64,000 nucleotides of DNA, taken from contig NZ_JBDVLG010000056.1 of assembly GCF_039970775.1 (NCBI RefSeq), positions 472 to 64,471 on the forward strand, in the 5' to 3' direction. The stretch is from Roseobacter sp. (GTDB lineage Bacteria; Pseudomonadota; Alphaproteobacteria; Rhodobacterales; Rhodobacteraceae). Position 1 is the stretch's first letter; the number at the start of each line of letters is the position of its first letter. The notes below the pieces were generated by a model. It did no database searches, was not told the DNA's origin, and worked only from the letters and a program-made list of their open reading frames with translations. Made by a program: the position numbers and the translations under genes. Shown in pieces: positions 10,315 through 20,216 of this stretch.

Positions 10315-10355
10315 TGCATGCGTAAATGAGCCCCAAGGCAGTTACAAGGATCCAT

Positions 10356-10646
10356 ATGTTTGCCGTCACGGTTACCCTGCACATCACACCCGCCCATTGG
10401 GATACCTTTGTGCCCCTTATGGCCCAGAACGCTGCACGGTCGCTGGCAGATGAAACGGGGTGCCACCAATTTGACGTCGCCACAGACCCGGCACACCCGC
10501 ATGAGATGTTTTTATACGAACTTTACACCGATGCCGCCGCCTTTGACGTGCATCTGAACACCGCGCATTTCAAAACCTTTGACACCAGCACGGCCCATAT
10601 GATCGCCGATAAAACCGTGCGGACCTACGCACAGGTGGTCCAATGA
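10356..10646 (+). CDS. ABM-domain protein (putative quinol monooxygenase / LsrG-like)
   Basis: ETGCHQFDV, FLYELYTDAAAFDVHLNTAHF; AAGGA RBS before ATG 10356. Confidence 0.82.
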   Translation: MFAVTVTLHITPAHWDTFVPLMAQNAARSLADETGCHQFDVATDPAHPHEMFLYELYTDAAAFDVHLNTAHFKTFDTSTAHMIADKTVRTYAQVVQ

Positions 10647-11449
10647 CCGACTGGGAGGTCTTTGCAGTCAAATACGCCGACCGCAATGCCCGCACGCGCG
10701 GTGACAGTTTTGTATTTGATGACACCCCTGACGTGCCCCATCCGATGGATTATTTCATGTGGGTGCTGCGGCGCGGGGCCGAAACCATTTTGGTCGACAC
10801 CGGTTATGACATGCACGAAGCCACCCGCCGCGACCGCCCCATTCGTCAGGACCCGGTTGTGTCGCTTGCGCCATTGGGCGTGCGCCCCGAGGCAATCACA
10901 TCGGTGATTGTGACTCACCTACACTATGATCACGCGGGCGGGCTGCATTTGTTCCCCAACGCCAAACTACACATGCAGACGGCGGAAATGGCCTATGCCA
11001 CGGGCCCCTGCATGTGCCATGACACGCTAAACATGCCCTACACAGCGGGTCACATCTGCGAGGCGGTTAAACGTCTATTTTCGGGGCAGGTCGTGTTTCA
11101 CGATGGCGATGCGCAGATCGCGGATGGCGTCACGGTGCATTGCATTGGCGGGCACAGCCGTGGTTTGCAGGCCGTGCGGGTGCGCACCGCTGCGGGTTGG
11201 TTGGTTCTGGCCTCTGATGCGACGCATTTTTACGAAAACATCTTTGCGCGCAAACCGTTCCCCATTGTCGTCGATCTGCAAAATATGCTCGATGGGTTTA
11301 ACCGGCTGGAAACGCTGGCCTCGCATAAATCGCTGATCGTGCCGGGGCACGACCCGCTGGTGACGCGCGCCTACCCAAAAGCCATGGCCGATCACATCTG
11401 GCGTCTGGATCACGGGCCCACCGCGCCCGAGCTGTTTTTACCCGCCTGA
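10643..11449 (+). CDS. Metallo-beta-lactamase-fold lactonase (N-acyl homoserine lactonase family)
   Basis: ILVDTG, THLHYDHAGG (HxHxDH), GGHSRG, LASDATH and VPGHD; ATGA coupling with the ABM gene. Confidence 0.85.
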   Translation: MTDWEVFAVKYADRNARTRGDSFVFDDTPDVPHPMDYFMWVLRRGAETILVDTGYDMHEATRRDRPIRQDPVVSLAPLGVRPEAITSVIVTHLHYDHAGGLHLFPNAKLHMQTAEMAYATGPCMCHDTLNMPYTAGHICEAVKRLFSGQVVFHDGDAQIADGVTVHCIGGHSRGLQAVRVRTAAGWLVLASDATHFYENIFARKPFPIVVDLQNMLDGFNRLETLASHKSLIVPGHDPLVTRAYPKAMADHIWRLDHGPTAPELFLPA

Positions 11450-11471
11450 CGGGTGGGGCACCGCCCAAAAC

Positions 11472-11488
11472 TGCCCAAAATGCAGGCG
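11472..11488 (+). promoter_or_regulatory. Candidate NtrC-type site upstream of ureD
   Basis: TGCC-N9-GGCG, preceded by a GCCCAAAA direct repeat. It resembles Rhodobacter NtrC sites and fits nitrogen control of urease (inference). Confidence 0.4.
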
Positions 11489-11595
11489 CCTTGCGCCTCG
11501 CGCGCTTTGGGGAAATCTCTGCTCTGGTCAAATGCGAGGCCACATGTGACATTAGCGTCCGAAATGAGGCTGGTAAGGACCAAAAAGACGTGCTG

Positions 11596-12411
11596 ATGCG
11601 ACCTGCAACATTGCTGGATCAGCCACGTGCGATCGGGTCTGCGATGGTGTCCAGCAAAGCGCGCGCCGGGCAGCCCTGTCTGGATGGGTTGTATCAGGCC
11701 GGGGCGCTCAAGGTCGTCTTTCCGCGCAACCACCACACCGTCGAGAGCATTTTGGTCAACACCGCCGGTGGCATCACCGGGGGGGATCGGTTTGACATCA
11801 CAGCCACCGCCGGCGCGGGATCGCATCTGACGCTGGCCACCCAAGCCGCCGAACGCGCCTATCGCGCACAGGACGGCCAAACCGGCCAACTGCACACACA
11901 GCTGACCGTCGAAGACGACGCGCAATTGCACTGGCTGCCGCAAGAAACCATCCTATTCGAAGGGTCCGCGCTATCACGCACGCTGAACGTCGACATCGCC
12001 CCCACGGGTCGGTTTTTGATGGTCGAACCGGTGCTGTTTGGCCGCCGCGCCATGGGTGAAGATCTGCACAGCGCCAGCTTTCGCGACAGGGTCGATATCC
12101 GCATGGACGGTGCGCTGGTGTACCGCGATGGTGTGGCCCTCGACGGGGATATCGCCGCCGCATTGGACCGCCCCGCGATTGGGGCAGGCGCGCGCGCGAT
12201 GGCCAATGTGGTGTGGGTCGCCCCCGAAGCCGAAGGGGCCCTGCCCATCGTGCGTGACCTCATTGGCCCCATCGGTGGTGCAAGCCTACTGCAGCCAAAT
12301 TTATTGGCCGCACGGCTGTTGGCCGCAGACGGGTTTGACCTGCGCCAACGGCTTGTGCCGTTGCTCGACCACCTGACAAAAAACACCTTACCGATAAGCT
12401 GGAGACTGTAA
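11596..12411 (+). CDS. ureD: Urease accessory protein UreD
   Basis: NTAGGITGGDRF, QAAERAYRA and WLPQETILF; first gene of the ure cluster. Probable start 11596. Confidence 0.92.
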   Translation: MRPATLLDQPRAIGSAMVSSKARAGQPCLDGLYQAGALKVVFPRNHHTVESILVNTAGGITGGDRFDITATAGAGSHLTLATQAAERAYRAQDGQTGQLHTQLTVEDDAQLHWLPQETILFEGSALSRTLNVDIAPTGRFLMVEPVLFGRRAMGEDLHSASFRDRVDIRMDGALVYRDGVALDGDIAAALDRPAIGAGARAMANVVWVAPEAEGALPIVRDLIGPIGGASLLQPNLLAARLLAADGFDLRQRLVPLLDHLTKNTLPISWRL

Positions 12412-12414
12412 CCC

Positions 12415-12717
12415 ATGCAGCTGACACCCCGCGAAAAAGACAAACTACTGGTGGCGATGGCCGCCCAAGTCGCGCGCACCAGATTGGCGCGCGGCGTCAA
12501 GCTCAACCACCCCGAGGCCATCGCGTTGATCACCGATGCGGTCGTCGAAGGTGCGCGCGATGGTCGGTCCGTCGCGGACATGATGCAGGCGGGCGCCCAA
12601 GTGATCACCCGTGATCAATGCATGGAAGGCGTGCCCGAAATGATCCACGACGTGCAGGTCGAGGCAACGTTTCCCGATGGCACCAAACTGGTCACAGTCC
12701 ACAACCCGATCCGCTAG
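12415..12717 (+). CDS. ureA: Urease subunit gamma
   Basis: [12 protein letters not shown]...[17 protein letters not shown]. Confidence 0.98.
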   Translation: MQLTPREKDKLLVAMAAQVARTRLARGVKLNHPEAIALITDAVVEGARDGRSVADMMQAGAQVITRDQCMEGVPEMIHDVQVEATFPDGTKLVTVHNPIR

Positions 12718-12746
12718 GACTGACCTATTTTCAAGAGGATAATGCT

Positions 12747-13052
12747 ATGATCCCAGGCGAAATCATACCCCAAGACGGCGAGATCATCCTGAACGCCGAC
12801 GCCGTGGCCGTCACTGTGATGGTCGCCAACACCGGCGACCGCCCGGTACAGGTCGGCAGCCACTATCACTTTGCCGAAAGCAACCCCGCGTTGGACTTTG
12901 ACCGCGATATCGCACGCGGTTGCCGGTTGGACATCGCCGCAGGCACCGCCGTACGGTTTGAACCCGGCCAGCGCCGCGAAGTGCAGTTGATCCCGCTGTC
13001 CGGCGCGCGCCGGGTCTTTGGGTTCAACCAACAGGTGATGGGCGATCTATAA
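12747..13052 (+). CDS. ureB: Urease subunit beta
   Basis: MIPGE...[15 protein letters not shown]...[15 protein letters not shown]; GAGGA RBS before 12747. Confidence 0.97.
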   Translation: MIPGEIIPQDGEIILNADAVAVTVMVANTGDRPVQVGSHYHFAESNPALDFDRDIARGCRLDIAAGTAVRFEPGQRREVQLIPLSGARRVFGFNQQVMGDL

Positions 13053-13120
13053 ACGCCCCCCTCCACAGACATGTTATTTTGATATCGCCTGACCGCGACC
13101 CGAAACCAGAAAGGTACATC

Positions 13121-14830
13121 ATGCCAGCACCCATTTCGCGCGCGAATTACGCCGCCATGTTCGGCCCCACCACCGGCGACAAGGTTCGTCTGGCCGATAC
13201 CGACCTGATCATTGAGGTAGAACGCGACTTCACCACCTACGGCGAAGAGGTCAAATTTGGCGGCGGCAAGGTGATCCGCGATGGCATGGGGCAAAGCCAA
13301 GTCACACGCGCAGGTGGGGCTGTCGATACGGTCATCACCAACGCGCTGATCGTGGACCATAGCGGGATCTACAAGGCAGACGTGGGCCTGAAAAACGGGC
13401 GTATCCACAAGATCGGCAAGGCGGGCAACCCCGACACACAACCCGGTGTGGATATCATCGTTGGCCCTGGCACCGAGGCGATCGCGGGGGAAGGCCGGAT
13501 TTTGACGGCAGGTGGTTTTGACAGCCACATCCACTTTATCTGCCCACAGCAGATCGACGATGCGCTGCATTCCGGCGTGACCACCATGTTGGGCGGCGGC
13601 ACCGGCCCCGCACATGGCACGCTGGCCACCACCTGCACGCCCGGGCCTTGGCACATCGGACGGATGCTACAGGCCGTTGACGGGTTTGCCATGAACATCG
13701 GCGTATCAGGCAAAGGCAACGCCAGCCAACCCGCCGCATTGGTCGAGATGGTCGAGGGCGGTGCCTGCGCCATGAAGTTGCACGAAGACTGGGGCACCAC
13801 GCCTGCCGCCATCGATTGCTGCCTGTCGGTGGCCGATGACATGGACGTGCAGGTGATGATCCACACCGATACGCTCAATGAATCCGGGTTCGTGGAAAAC
13901 ACGGTTGCCGCCCTAAAAGGCCGCACGATCCACGCGTTTCACACCGAAGGCGCGGGCGGCGGCCATGCCCCGGATATCATCAAGATCTGCGGCGACGCGA
14001 ATGTTTTACCATCGTCCACCAACCCGACGCGGCCCTTTACCGTTAATACCTTAGAAGAACATCTGGATATGTTGATGGTGTGCCACCATCTGGACAAATC
14101 GATCCCCGAAGATGTCGCCTTTGCCGAAAGCCGGATCCGCCGCGAAACCATCGCCGCCGAAGATATCCTGCATGATATGGGTGCGTTTTCGATCATCGCC
14201 TCTGACAGCCAAGCGATGGGCCGCGTGGGCGAGGTGTTGATCCGCACATGGCAAACCGCCGACAAGATGAAGAAACAGCGTGGGCGACTGGCGGATGAAA
14301 CCGGCGAAAACGACAACCTGCGTGTGCGTCGGTACATCGCGAAATACACGATTAACCCGGCGATTGCACATGGGGTGTCCCATGAAATCGGCAGCATCGA
14401 GGAAGGCAAGCGCGCCGATCTGGTGTTGTGGAACCCTGCGTTTTTCGGCGTGAAGCCCGAGATGGTCCTGATGGCGGGCACGATTGTCTGCGCGCAAATG
14501 GGCGACCCCAATGCGTCGATCCCCACACCCCAGCCCGTTTATAGCCGGCCCATGTTCGGTAGCTTTGGGCGGTCGGTCGAACACTCTGCCATCACCTTTG
14601 TCAGCGCCGCCGCCGAGGCCGCTGGTCTGCGCGACACGTTGGGCCTGCGCAAACAGGTGGTCGCCGTGAAAAACACCCGTGGCATTGGCAAAAAAGACCT
14701 GATCCTAAATGACGCCCTACCCCATATCGAGGTCAACCCCGAGACCTACGAGGTGCGTGCCGATGGTGAACTACTCACCTGCCAACCCGCCGAAGTGCTG
14801 CCCATGGCGCAGCGGTATTTCATGTTTTGA
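13121..14830 (+). CDS. ureC: Urease subunit alpha
   Basis: [17 protein letters not shown] (carbamylated Lys), HTDTLNE, MVCHHL and SDSQAMGR; start MPAPISR at 13121. Confidence 0.98.
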   Translation: MPAPISRANYAAMFGPTTGDKVRLADTDLIIEVERDFTTYGEEVKFGGGKVIRDGMGQSQVTRAGGAVDTVITNALIVDHSGIYKADVGLKNGRIHKIGKAGNPDTQPGVDIIVGPGTEAIAGEGRILTAGGFDSHIHFICPQQIDDALHSGVTTMLGGGTGPAHGTLATTCTPGPWHIGRMLQAVDGFAMNIGVSGKGNASQPAALVEMVEGGACAMKLHEDWGTTPAAIDCCLSVADDMDVQVMIHTDTLNESGFVENTVAALKGRTIHAFHTEGAGGGHAPDIIKICGDANVLPSSTNPTRPFTVNTLEEHLDMLMVCHHLDKSIPEDVAFAESRIRRETIAAEDILHDMGAFSIIASDSQAMGRVGEVLIRTWQTADKMKKQRGRLADETGENDNLRVRRYIAKYTINPAIAHGVSHEIGSIEEGKRADLVLWNPAFFGVKPEMVLMAGTIVCAQMGDPNASIPTPQPVYSRPMFGSFGRSVEHSAITFVSAAAEAAGLRDTLGLRKQVVAVKNTRGIGKKDLILNDALPHIEVNPETYEVRADGELLTCQPAEVLPMAQRYFMF

Positions 14831-14935
14831 GGTCCGAGTAGGAACCAACGGTGTCTTTGCCACGCGCAAAAGGAACAAGTTGCGCCCTATATTTCTGGCC
14901 CTCGATACAGCGCCTTTTGTCCGTCTTAACCGCGA

Positions 14936-15442
14936 GTGAACATGCTGACCGCCCAAAAAATCACCCACACTCATGACGCCGATGATCACGTCACGCTCGA
15001 CTACGACGCGCGGTTTTTGCGGCGCAAAGTGCTGATGACCGACAAAGGCGATCATGTGCTGGTCGACCTGCCCAAAACGACGTCCCTGAATGCGGGCGAT
15101 GCCTTCGAGGCCACAAACGGCACCCTCATCGGCATTGTCGCGGCCCCTGAGCCCCTGCTGGAAATCACCGGACAGGACCTGCACCGCATCGCGTGGCACA
15201 TCGGCAACCGGCACACCCCCTGCCAGATCGAAACAGACCGTCTGTTGATCCAACAAGACCACGTAATGGCCAGTATGTTGGCGCAACTGGGTGCGCATGT
15301 GCTTGATGTTGTGGAACCTTTCACCCCCGAAGGCGGTGCTTACGGGCACGGGCGCACCCATGGGCACGACCATTCTGCGCAACACGGGCCAGATCATATG
15401 CATGACCACGGGCATAGTCATGGGCACAGCGATGACGACTGA
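14936..15442 (+). CDS. ureE: Urease accessory protein UreE (Ni chaperone, His-rich tail)
   Basis: RFLRRKVL, AWHIGNRHTP and PFTPEGGAYG, plus a His-rich C-terminus. Confidence 0.95.
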   Translation: MNMLTAQKITHTHDADDHVTLDYDARFLRRKVLMTDKGDHVLVDLPKTTSLNAGDAFEATNGTLIGIVAAPEPLLEITGQDLHRIAWHIGNRHTPCQIETDRLLIQQDHVMASMLAQLGAHVLDVVEPFTPEGGAYGHGRTHGHDHSAQHGPDHMHDHGHSHGHSDDD

Positions 15443-16073
15443 TGCGATCCTGACGTTGACGCAATGGCTGTCGCCTGGGTTTCCTGTGGGGGCGTTTGCC
15501 TATTCGCATGGGTTGGAAACTGCGATTGCGACGATGCAATTGAAAACAATCGGAGATCTGGGCGATTGGCTCGAAGATCTGGTCGCCTTTGGCGGGGGGC
15601 ACGCCGATCTGGTGATTTTGGCGGCGGCCTACCGCGCCCGTCCACCTGAAGTGGCGCAGATCGACGCCACCGCGCGCGCCTTTGCCGCCAGCGCCGACCG
15701 GCTGCTTGAAACCGACCAGCAAGGGGCCGCCTTTGCCCGCACGGTCGATGCCGTTTGGGGCACAGATCTGGGGCCCCTGACATATCCGGTTGCGGTGGCT
15801 CGCGCCGCGCGGTCGCAAGACATCGCGCTGGATGTAACCGCCCGCATGTATTTGCACGCCTTTGCCGCCAATTTGATTTCTGCATCGGTGCGGCTGGTGC
15901 CTTTGGGCCAGACAGACGGGCAGCGTCTTTTGGCCACGCTGGCGCCCCTGATCACCGCCACAACCGAACGTGCTTTGGCCACCGCGCTTGATGATCTTGC
16001 CGCGCCGTGTTTTGCGGCCGACATTGCGGCGATGCAGCATGAAATACTCTATTCAAAGGTCTTTCGTACATGA
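15432..16073 (+). CDS. ureF: Urease accessory protein UreF
   Basis: [32 protein letters not shown]-terminal HE..YSKVFRT; start MTTD at 15432. Confidence 0.95.
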   Translation: MTTDAILTLTQWLSPGFPVGAFAYSHGLETAIATMQLKTIGDLGDWLEDLVAFGGGHADLVILAAAYRARPPEVAQIDATARAFAASADRLLETDQQGAAFARTVDAVWGTDLGPLTYPVAVARAARSQDIALDVTARMYLHAFAANLISASVRLVPLGQTDGQRLLATLAPLITATTERALATALDDLAAPCFAADIAAMQHEILYSKVFRT

Positions 16074-16693
16074 ACTTGAACGGTCCACTTCGTATTGGCA
16101 TCGGGGGCCCCGTTGGCGCCGGAAAGACCACCTTGACGGCCTGTCTGGCCCGCGCATTGGGCCCGGATCATTCCATCGGCGTGATCACCAATGACATCTA
16201 CACCCAAGAAGACGCGGACGCCTTGATGCGGATGCAGGTGCTGCCACACGACCGCATTATCGGGGTCGAAACCGGCGGCTGCCCGCACACGGCGATCCGC
16301 GAAGATGCGTCGATCAATCTGGCCGCCGTGGCCGAAATGCAAACCCGCCACCCCGAGGTTGAGGCGATCTTGATTGAAAGCGGCGGTGACAATCTCAGCG
16401 CGACGTTTTCGCCGGAACTGGCGGATGTCACGCTATATGTGATCGATGTGGCCGCGGGCGAAGAGATCCCCCGCAAGGGCGGCCCCGCGATCACCCGCTC
16501 GGATATTTTGATCATCAACAAAACAGACCTTGCGCCACATGTCGGGGCCAGTCTGGATGTGATGCGCCAAGACGCTGACCGCATGCGCGCCGGACGGCCA
16601 TTTTTCTTTACGGCGCTTCGACATGGAGATGGGTTAGACGCGGTGATTGACGCCCTGCGTCAGGTGTCTGGACTAGGCCTCGTCGAGGCGTAG
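16070..16693 (+). CDS. ureG: Urease accessory GTPase UreG
   Basis: [23 protein letters not shown] and NKTD. Confidence 0.97.
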   Translation: MNLNGPLRIGIGGPVGAGKTTLTACLARALGPDHSIGVITNDIYTQEDADALMRMQVLPHDRIIGVETGGCPHTAIREDASINLAAVAEMQTRHPEVEAILIESGGDNLSATFSPELADVTLYVIDVAAGEEIPRKGGPAITRSDILIINKTDLAPHVGASLDVMRQDADRMRAGRPFFFTALRHGDGLDAVIDALRQVSGLGLVEA

Positions 16694-16888
16694 CAACGTT
16701 TACCTTGGTTTGACTGTCTGTGCGTGCCGTTTGGTATCATCAAGCGCCGCGTCACCCTGAACACTGGGCGCAACCGCTGTTAGAATTCCAATCCAATGGG
16801 CGAAGGTATCCCCAGAAAACATGGCCAAGCTTGACAGAAACACCCATTCTAAAACGTTTTTCCACGTCGCCCGGCCACGCCGCACCAC

Positions 16889-17902
16889 CTAAGGTGCTGC
16901 CAAAGACCCCCGAGCGATAAACTCTGTCGGCAGCTCAACCGACACCGCATCCGCGCCACCGTTCAGCTTGGCCAACAAAGCACGCGCCGCAGCTCGGCCC
17001 ATTTCGGTCTGTGGAACTCGAACCGTTGCAAGAGGCGGCGTGACAACAGAGGCCAACCCAATATCGTCGAACCCGACCAACGACAGCTGCCCCGGCACAT
17101 CAACGCCCATGTCTCGTGCCCGCATCAAAGCCCCCGTCGCCAAAACGTCGTTCCCACAAATCACGACGGTGGGCCGCGCATCTGATGTCATGATGCGTTC
17201 AAACGCTTCGGCACCGTATTCCAACCGATATTTCGCCTCTTCTGAGTGCACCAAAACGGCGCCCTGATCATGCGCCGCAATAGCGTCGATCACCCCCTGA
17301 TACCGATCCGATGCACGGTCATTCCCCGCGTGCGGGCCAGAGATCATTGCGATCCGCCGGTGTCCCAGCCCCAAAACACGACGGGTCGCGTCAAAAGCCG
17401 CCTTGTGGTTGTCAAAACCGATGCAAAGCTGGTCAATATCGGGGCGAAAATACCATGAAATAACATGCGGCACCCGTCGCTTGGCCAAGAAATCTCGGGT
17501 CGCTTGGGGACGGGCCTGACCAATCAACATCAGCCCATCAGCGCCATGGGCAATCAAAGCCTTGATCTGCCGGAATTCCTGATCCGGATCGTCTGCAGTC
17601 GTGGCCAAAAGCAAGTTCACACCTGCCTCGGACAACGCCTCCTGGAAGGCTTGGACCCCCGTTGCAAACATCGCATTTGCCATGCTGGGAATGATCGCGC
17701 CAACTGTATTGGTCCGGTTTGAGGCCAGCGCGCGCCCGCCAAAATTTGGCGTATACCCCAAGGTTTCGATCGCACGTTCGATCTTGACACGCGTTGGTTT
17801 GGCAACCTTATCGGGGTCATTAAGAGCCCGCGATATACTGGCGGTGGACACGCCCGCCATGCGGGCGACGTCTTCTAAAGTGGGCGCGGTAATTTTGGTC
17901 AT
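16889..17902 (-). CDS. LacI-family transcriptional regulator of the DHPS locus (HpsR-like)
   Basis: PTLEDVARMAGVSTASISRAL HTH, LGYTPN and GFDDI; divergent from hpsN. Start MTKIT at 17902. Confidence 0.92.
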   Translation of the reverse strand: MTKITAPTLEDVARMAGVSTASISRALNDPDKVAKPTRVKIERAIETLGYTPNFGGRALASNRTNTVGAIIPSMANAMFATGVQAFQEALSEAGVNLLLATTADDPDQEFRQIKALIAHGADGLMLIGQARPQATRDFLAKRRVPHVISWYFRPDIDQLCIGFDNHKAAFDATRRVLGLGHRRIAMISGPHAGNDRASDRYQGVIDAIAAHDQGAVLVHSEEAKYRLEYGAEAFERIMTSDARPTVVICGNDVLATGALMRARDMGVDVPGQLSLVGFDDIGLASVVTPPLATVRVPQTEMGRAAARALLAKLNGGADAVSVELPTEFIARGSLAAP

Positions 17903-18002
17903 AATCAATTTATAGCGTGCTTTGTGCCGGATGGCTTCCGTTTTCGGAAAAATACACAACATATTGAATTAAAACAATAAACTTATATCTTGCGCGAATC
18001 TA

Positions 18003-18016
18003 TGTAAGCGCTTACA
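18003..18016. promoter_or_regulatory. LacI-type operator
   Basis: Perfect palindrome TGTAAGCGCTTACA with a central CG, between the LacI gene and hpsN. Confidence 0.82.
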
Positions 18017-18149
18017 AAAATAGTTAACGCGAGACACTTAACTTCGTTTCACGGCGACACCCCCGCATAAAAGGCGTCGGCCATTTGACCGGCCCTCGTG
18101 GATGGCGCCGGTTACACCCACGACCCCGATGATCAGATAGGACCCTTTC

Positions 18150-19457
18150 ATGGCGCGCGCATATCTTAAGAAAGCTCAGAAAACTGCGATGACGGATGCG
18201 GGCGATGTGCGCGCGACCGTTCAGGACATTCTGGATGATATCGAGGCTGGCGGCGACGCGACGGCCCTGAAATACGCGCAGAAATTCGACAATTATCAGG
18301 GCCGCACCGTGCTGGGCGAGGAAGAGATCGCAGCGGCATCTGTCCTTGTGTCGCAAAAGCTGAAAGATGACATCGCGTTTGCGCATGACAACGTGCGCCG
18401 CTTTGCGGAGGTCCAGAAATCCACGATGACCGACGTGGAACTAGAAGTCGTGCCGGGGCTGATCGCGGGTCAAAAGGCCATCCCCTGCCGAGCGGCAGGT
18501 TGCTATGTTCCTGGTGGGCGGTACAGCCACATCGCCAGCGCCATCATGACGGTAACAACCGCCAAAGTGGCCGGTTGCCAAAACATCACAGCCTGTTCGC
18601 CCCCCCGCGCTGGCGAAGGCATCGCGCCCGCGATCATCTATGCGGCCAATCTGTGCGGCGCCGACAAGATCCTGTCCATGGGCGGCGTGCAAGGCGTTGC
18701 CGCGATGACCTTTGGCCTGTTTGGCCTTCCCAAGGCGGATATTTTGGTCGGGCCCGGCAACCAGTTTGTAGCCGAAGCCAAACGCATTCTTTTTGGCCGC
18801 GTCGGCATCGACATGATCGCAGGGCCTACCGACAGCCTGATTTTGGCGGATCACAGCGCCGACCCCTTCATTGTGGCAACAGATCTGGTTGGACAAGCCG
18901 AACATGGGTATAACTCGCCAGTTTGGTTGGTGACAGACAACCGCGCGCTGGCCGAAAAGGTGATGGAAATTGTTCCAAACCTGATCGCCGACCTACCAGA
19001 ACTGAACCGCACCAATGCAGAAGCCGCCTGGCGCGACTATGCAGAAGTCATCATCTGCGACACCCCCGAAGAAATGGCAGCCTGTTCTGATGATTACGCC
19101 CCCGAACACCTGACCGTGCAGGCGGAAAACCTGCCCTGGTGGTTAGACCGGTTGCAATGCTACGGATCGTTGTTTTTGGGCGAAGAAACCACCGTGGCCT
19201 TTGGCGACAAGGCCTCTGGCACCAACCATGTTTTGCCCACGTCGCAATCAGCGAAATATACCGGCGGCCTGTCGGTGCACAAATACATGAAAATCGTCAC
19301 TTGGCAGCGATCTACACGGGACGGCGCGCGCCCCATCGCCGAGGCCACGGCGCGCATTTCGCGGTTGGAAGGCATGGAAGGGCACGCGCGGTCGGCGGAT
19401 GCGCGGTTGCACAAATACTTCCCGGATGAAAATTTCGACCTGTCAGCGCGGGATTGA
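18150..19457 (+). CDS. hpsN: Sulfopropanediol (DHPS) 3-dehydrogenase, histidinol dehydrogenase homologue
   Basis: HisD fold with YVPGGRYSHIASA, QAEHGYNSP, DKASGTNHVLPT and EGMEGHAR, matching the roseobacter HpsN type as recalled; followed by hpsO/hpsP-type genes. Confidence 0.9.
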   Translation: MARAYLKKAQKTAMTDAGDVRATVQDILDDIEAGGDATALKYAQKFDNYQGRTVLGEEEIAAASVLVSQKLKDDIAFAHDNVRRFAEVQKSTMTDVELEVVPGLIAGQKAIPCRAAGCYVPGGRYSHIASAIMTVTTAKVAGCQNITACSPPRAGEGIAPAIIYAANLCGADKILSMGGVQGVAAMTFGLFGLPKADILVGPGNQFVAEAKRILFGRVGIDMIAGPTDSLILADHSADPFIVATDLVGQAEHGYNSPVWLVTDNRALAEKVMEIVPNLIADLPELNRTNAEAAWRDYAEVIICDTPEEMAACSDDYAPEHLTVQAENLPWWLDRLQCYGSLFLGEETTVAFGDKASGTNHVLPTSQSAKYTGGLSVHKYMKIVTWQRSTRDGARPIAEATARISRLEGMEGHARSADARLHKYFPDENFDLSARD

Positions 19458-19463
19458 ACCCAG

Positions 19464-20216
19464 ATGACCGCGCTCTTTGATGTGTCTGGCAAAACAGCCT
19501 GCGTGACCGGGGCCAGCAGCGGCCTTGGCCGTCAGGCGGCGCGGCGGTTGGCCGAAGCCGGGTGCCGGGTCGTCGGGGTGGCACGGCGCGGCGATCAGTT
19601 GGCTGAATGGCAATCCCAAACCAACGGGGATACCGCCGCAGTGACCGCGGATTTGTCGGACCGATCTGCTTTGGGTGACGTTGCTTCGGCTGTGTCAGCA
19701 CCCTTTGGGACAATCGACATTCTGGTGAATGCAGCAGGTATCAACACCCGCCAACACGCCGATGACGTCACCGACAATGGTTGGGATCTAACGCTCGATC
19801 TAAACCTCGCGGCGCCCTTCTTTTTGGCCCAAAAACTGGTGCCCGGCATGAAAACGCGCGGATGGGGGCGGATCATCAATTTTGCGTCGCTGCAATCGCA
19901 ACGCGCCTTTGCAAACGGCATCAGCTATGGCGCGTCAAAGGGTGCGGTCGAACAAATGACCCGCGCCATGGCCGAAGCATGGTCTGGCAACGGGATCACC
20001 GCAAACGCGTTGGCCCCCGGATTTTTCCGCACCGAATTGACCGGCCCCGTCTTTGCCGACCCAGTTCTGGCGCAACGCAACGCCGATCAAACATGCATCG
20101 GGCGCAACGGCGAACCAGCAGACCTAGACGGCCCGCTTATGTTCTTTTGTTCTGACGCCTCTGCTTATGTGACCGGCCAAACATTGTTCGTCGACGGGGG
20201 GTTCACCGCAAAATGA
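19464..20216 (+). CDS. hpsO: SDR dehydrogenase (HpsO-type DHPS 2-dehydrogenase)
   Basis: TGASSGLG, NAAG and YGASK; position directly after hpsN. Confidence 0.78.
   Translation: MTALFDVSGKTACVTGASSGLGRQAARRLAEAGCRVVGVARRGDQLAEWQSQTNGDTAAVTADLSDRSALGDVASAVSAPFGTIDILVNAAGINTRQHADDVTDNGWDLTLDLNLAAPFFLAQKLVPGMKTRGWGRIINFASLQSQRAFANGISYGASKGAVEQMTRAMAEAWSGNGITANALAPGFFRTELTGPVFADPVLAQRNADQTCIGRNGEPADLDGPLMFFCSDASAYVTGQTLFVDGGFTAK

Noticed and set aside
18150-19457. Calling this gene hisD
   Set aside because: No his genes are nearby. The hpsO/hpsP/comDE context and HpsN-type sequence support DHPS dehydrogenase.
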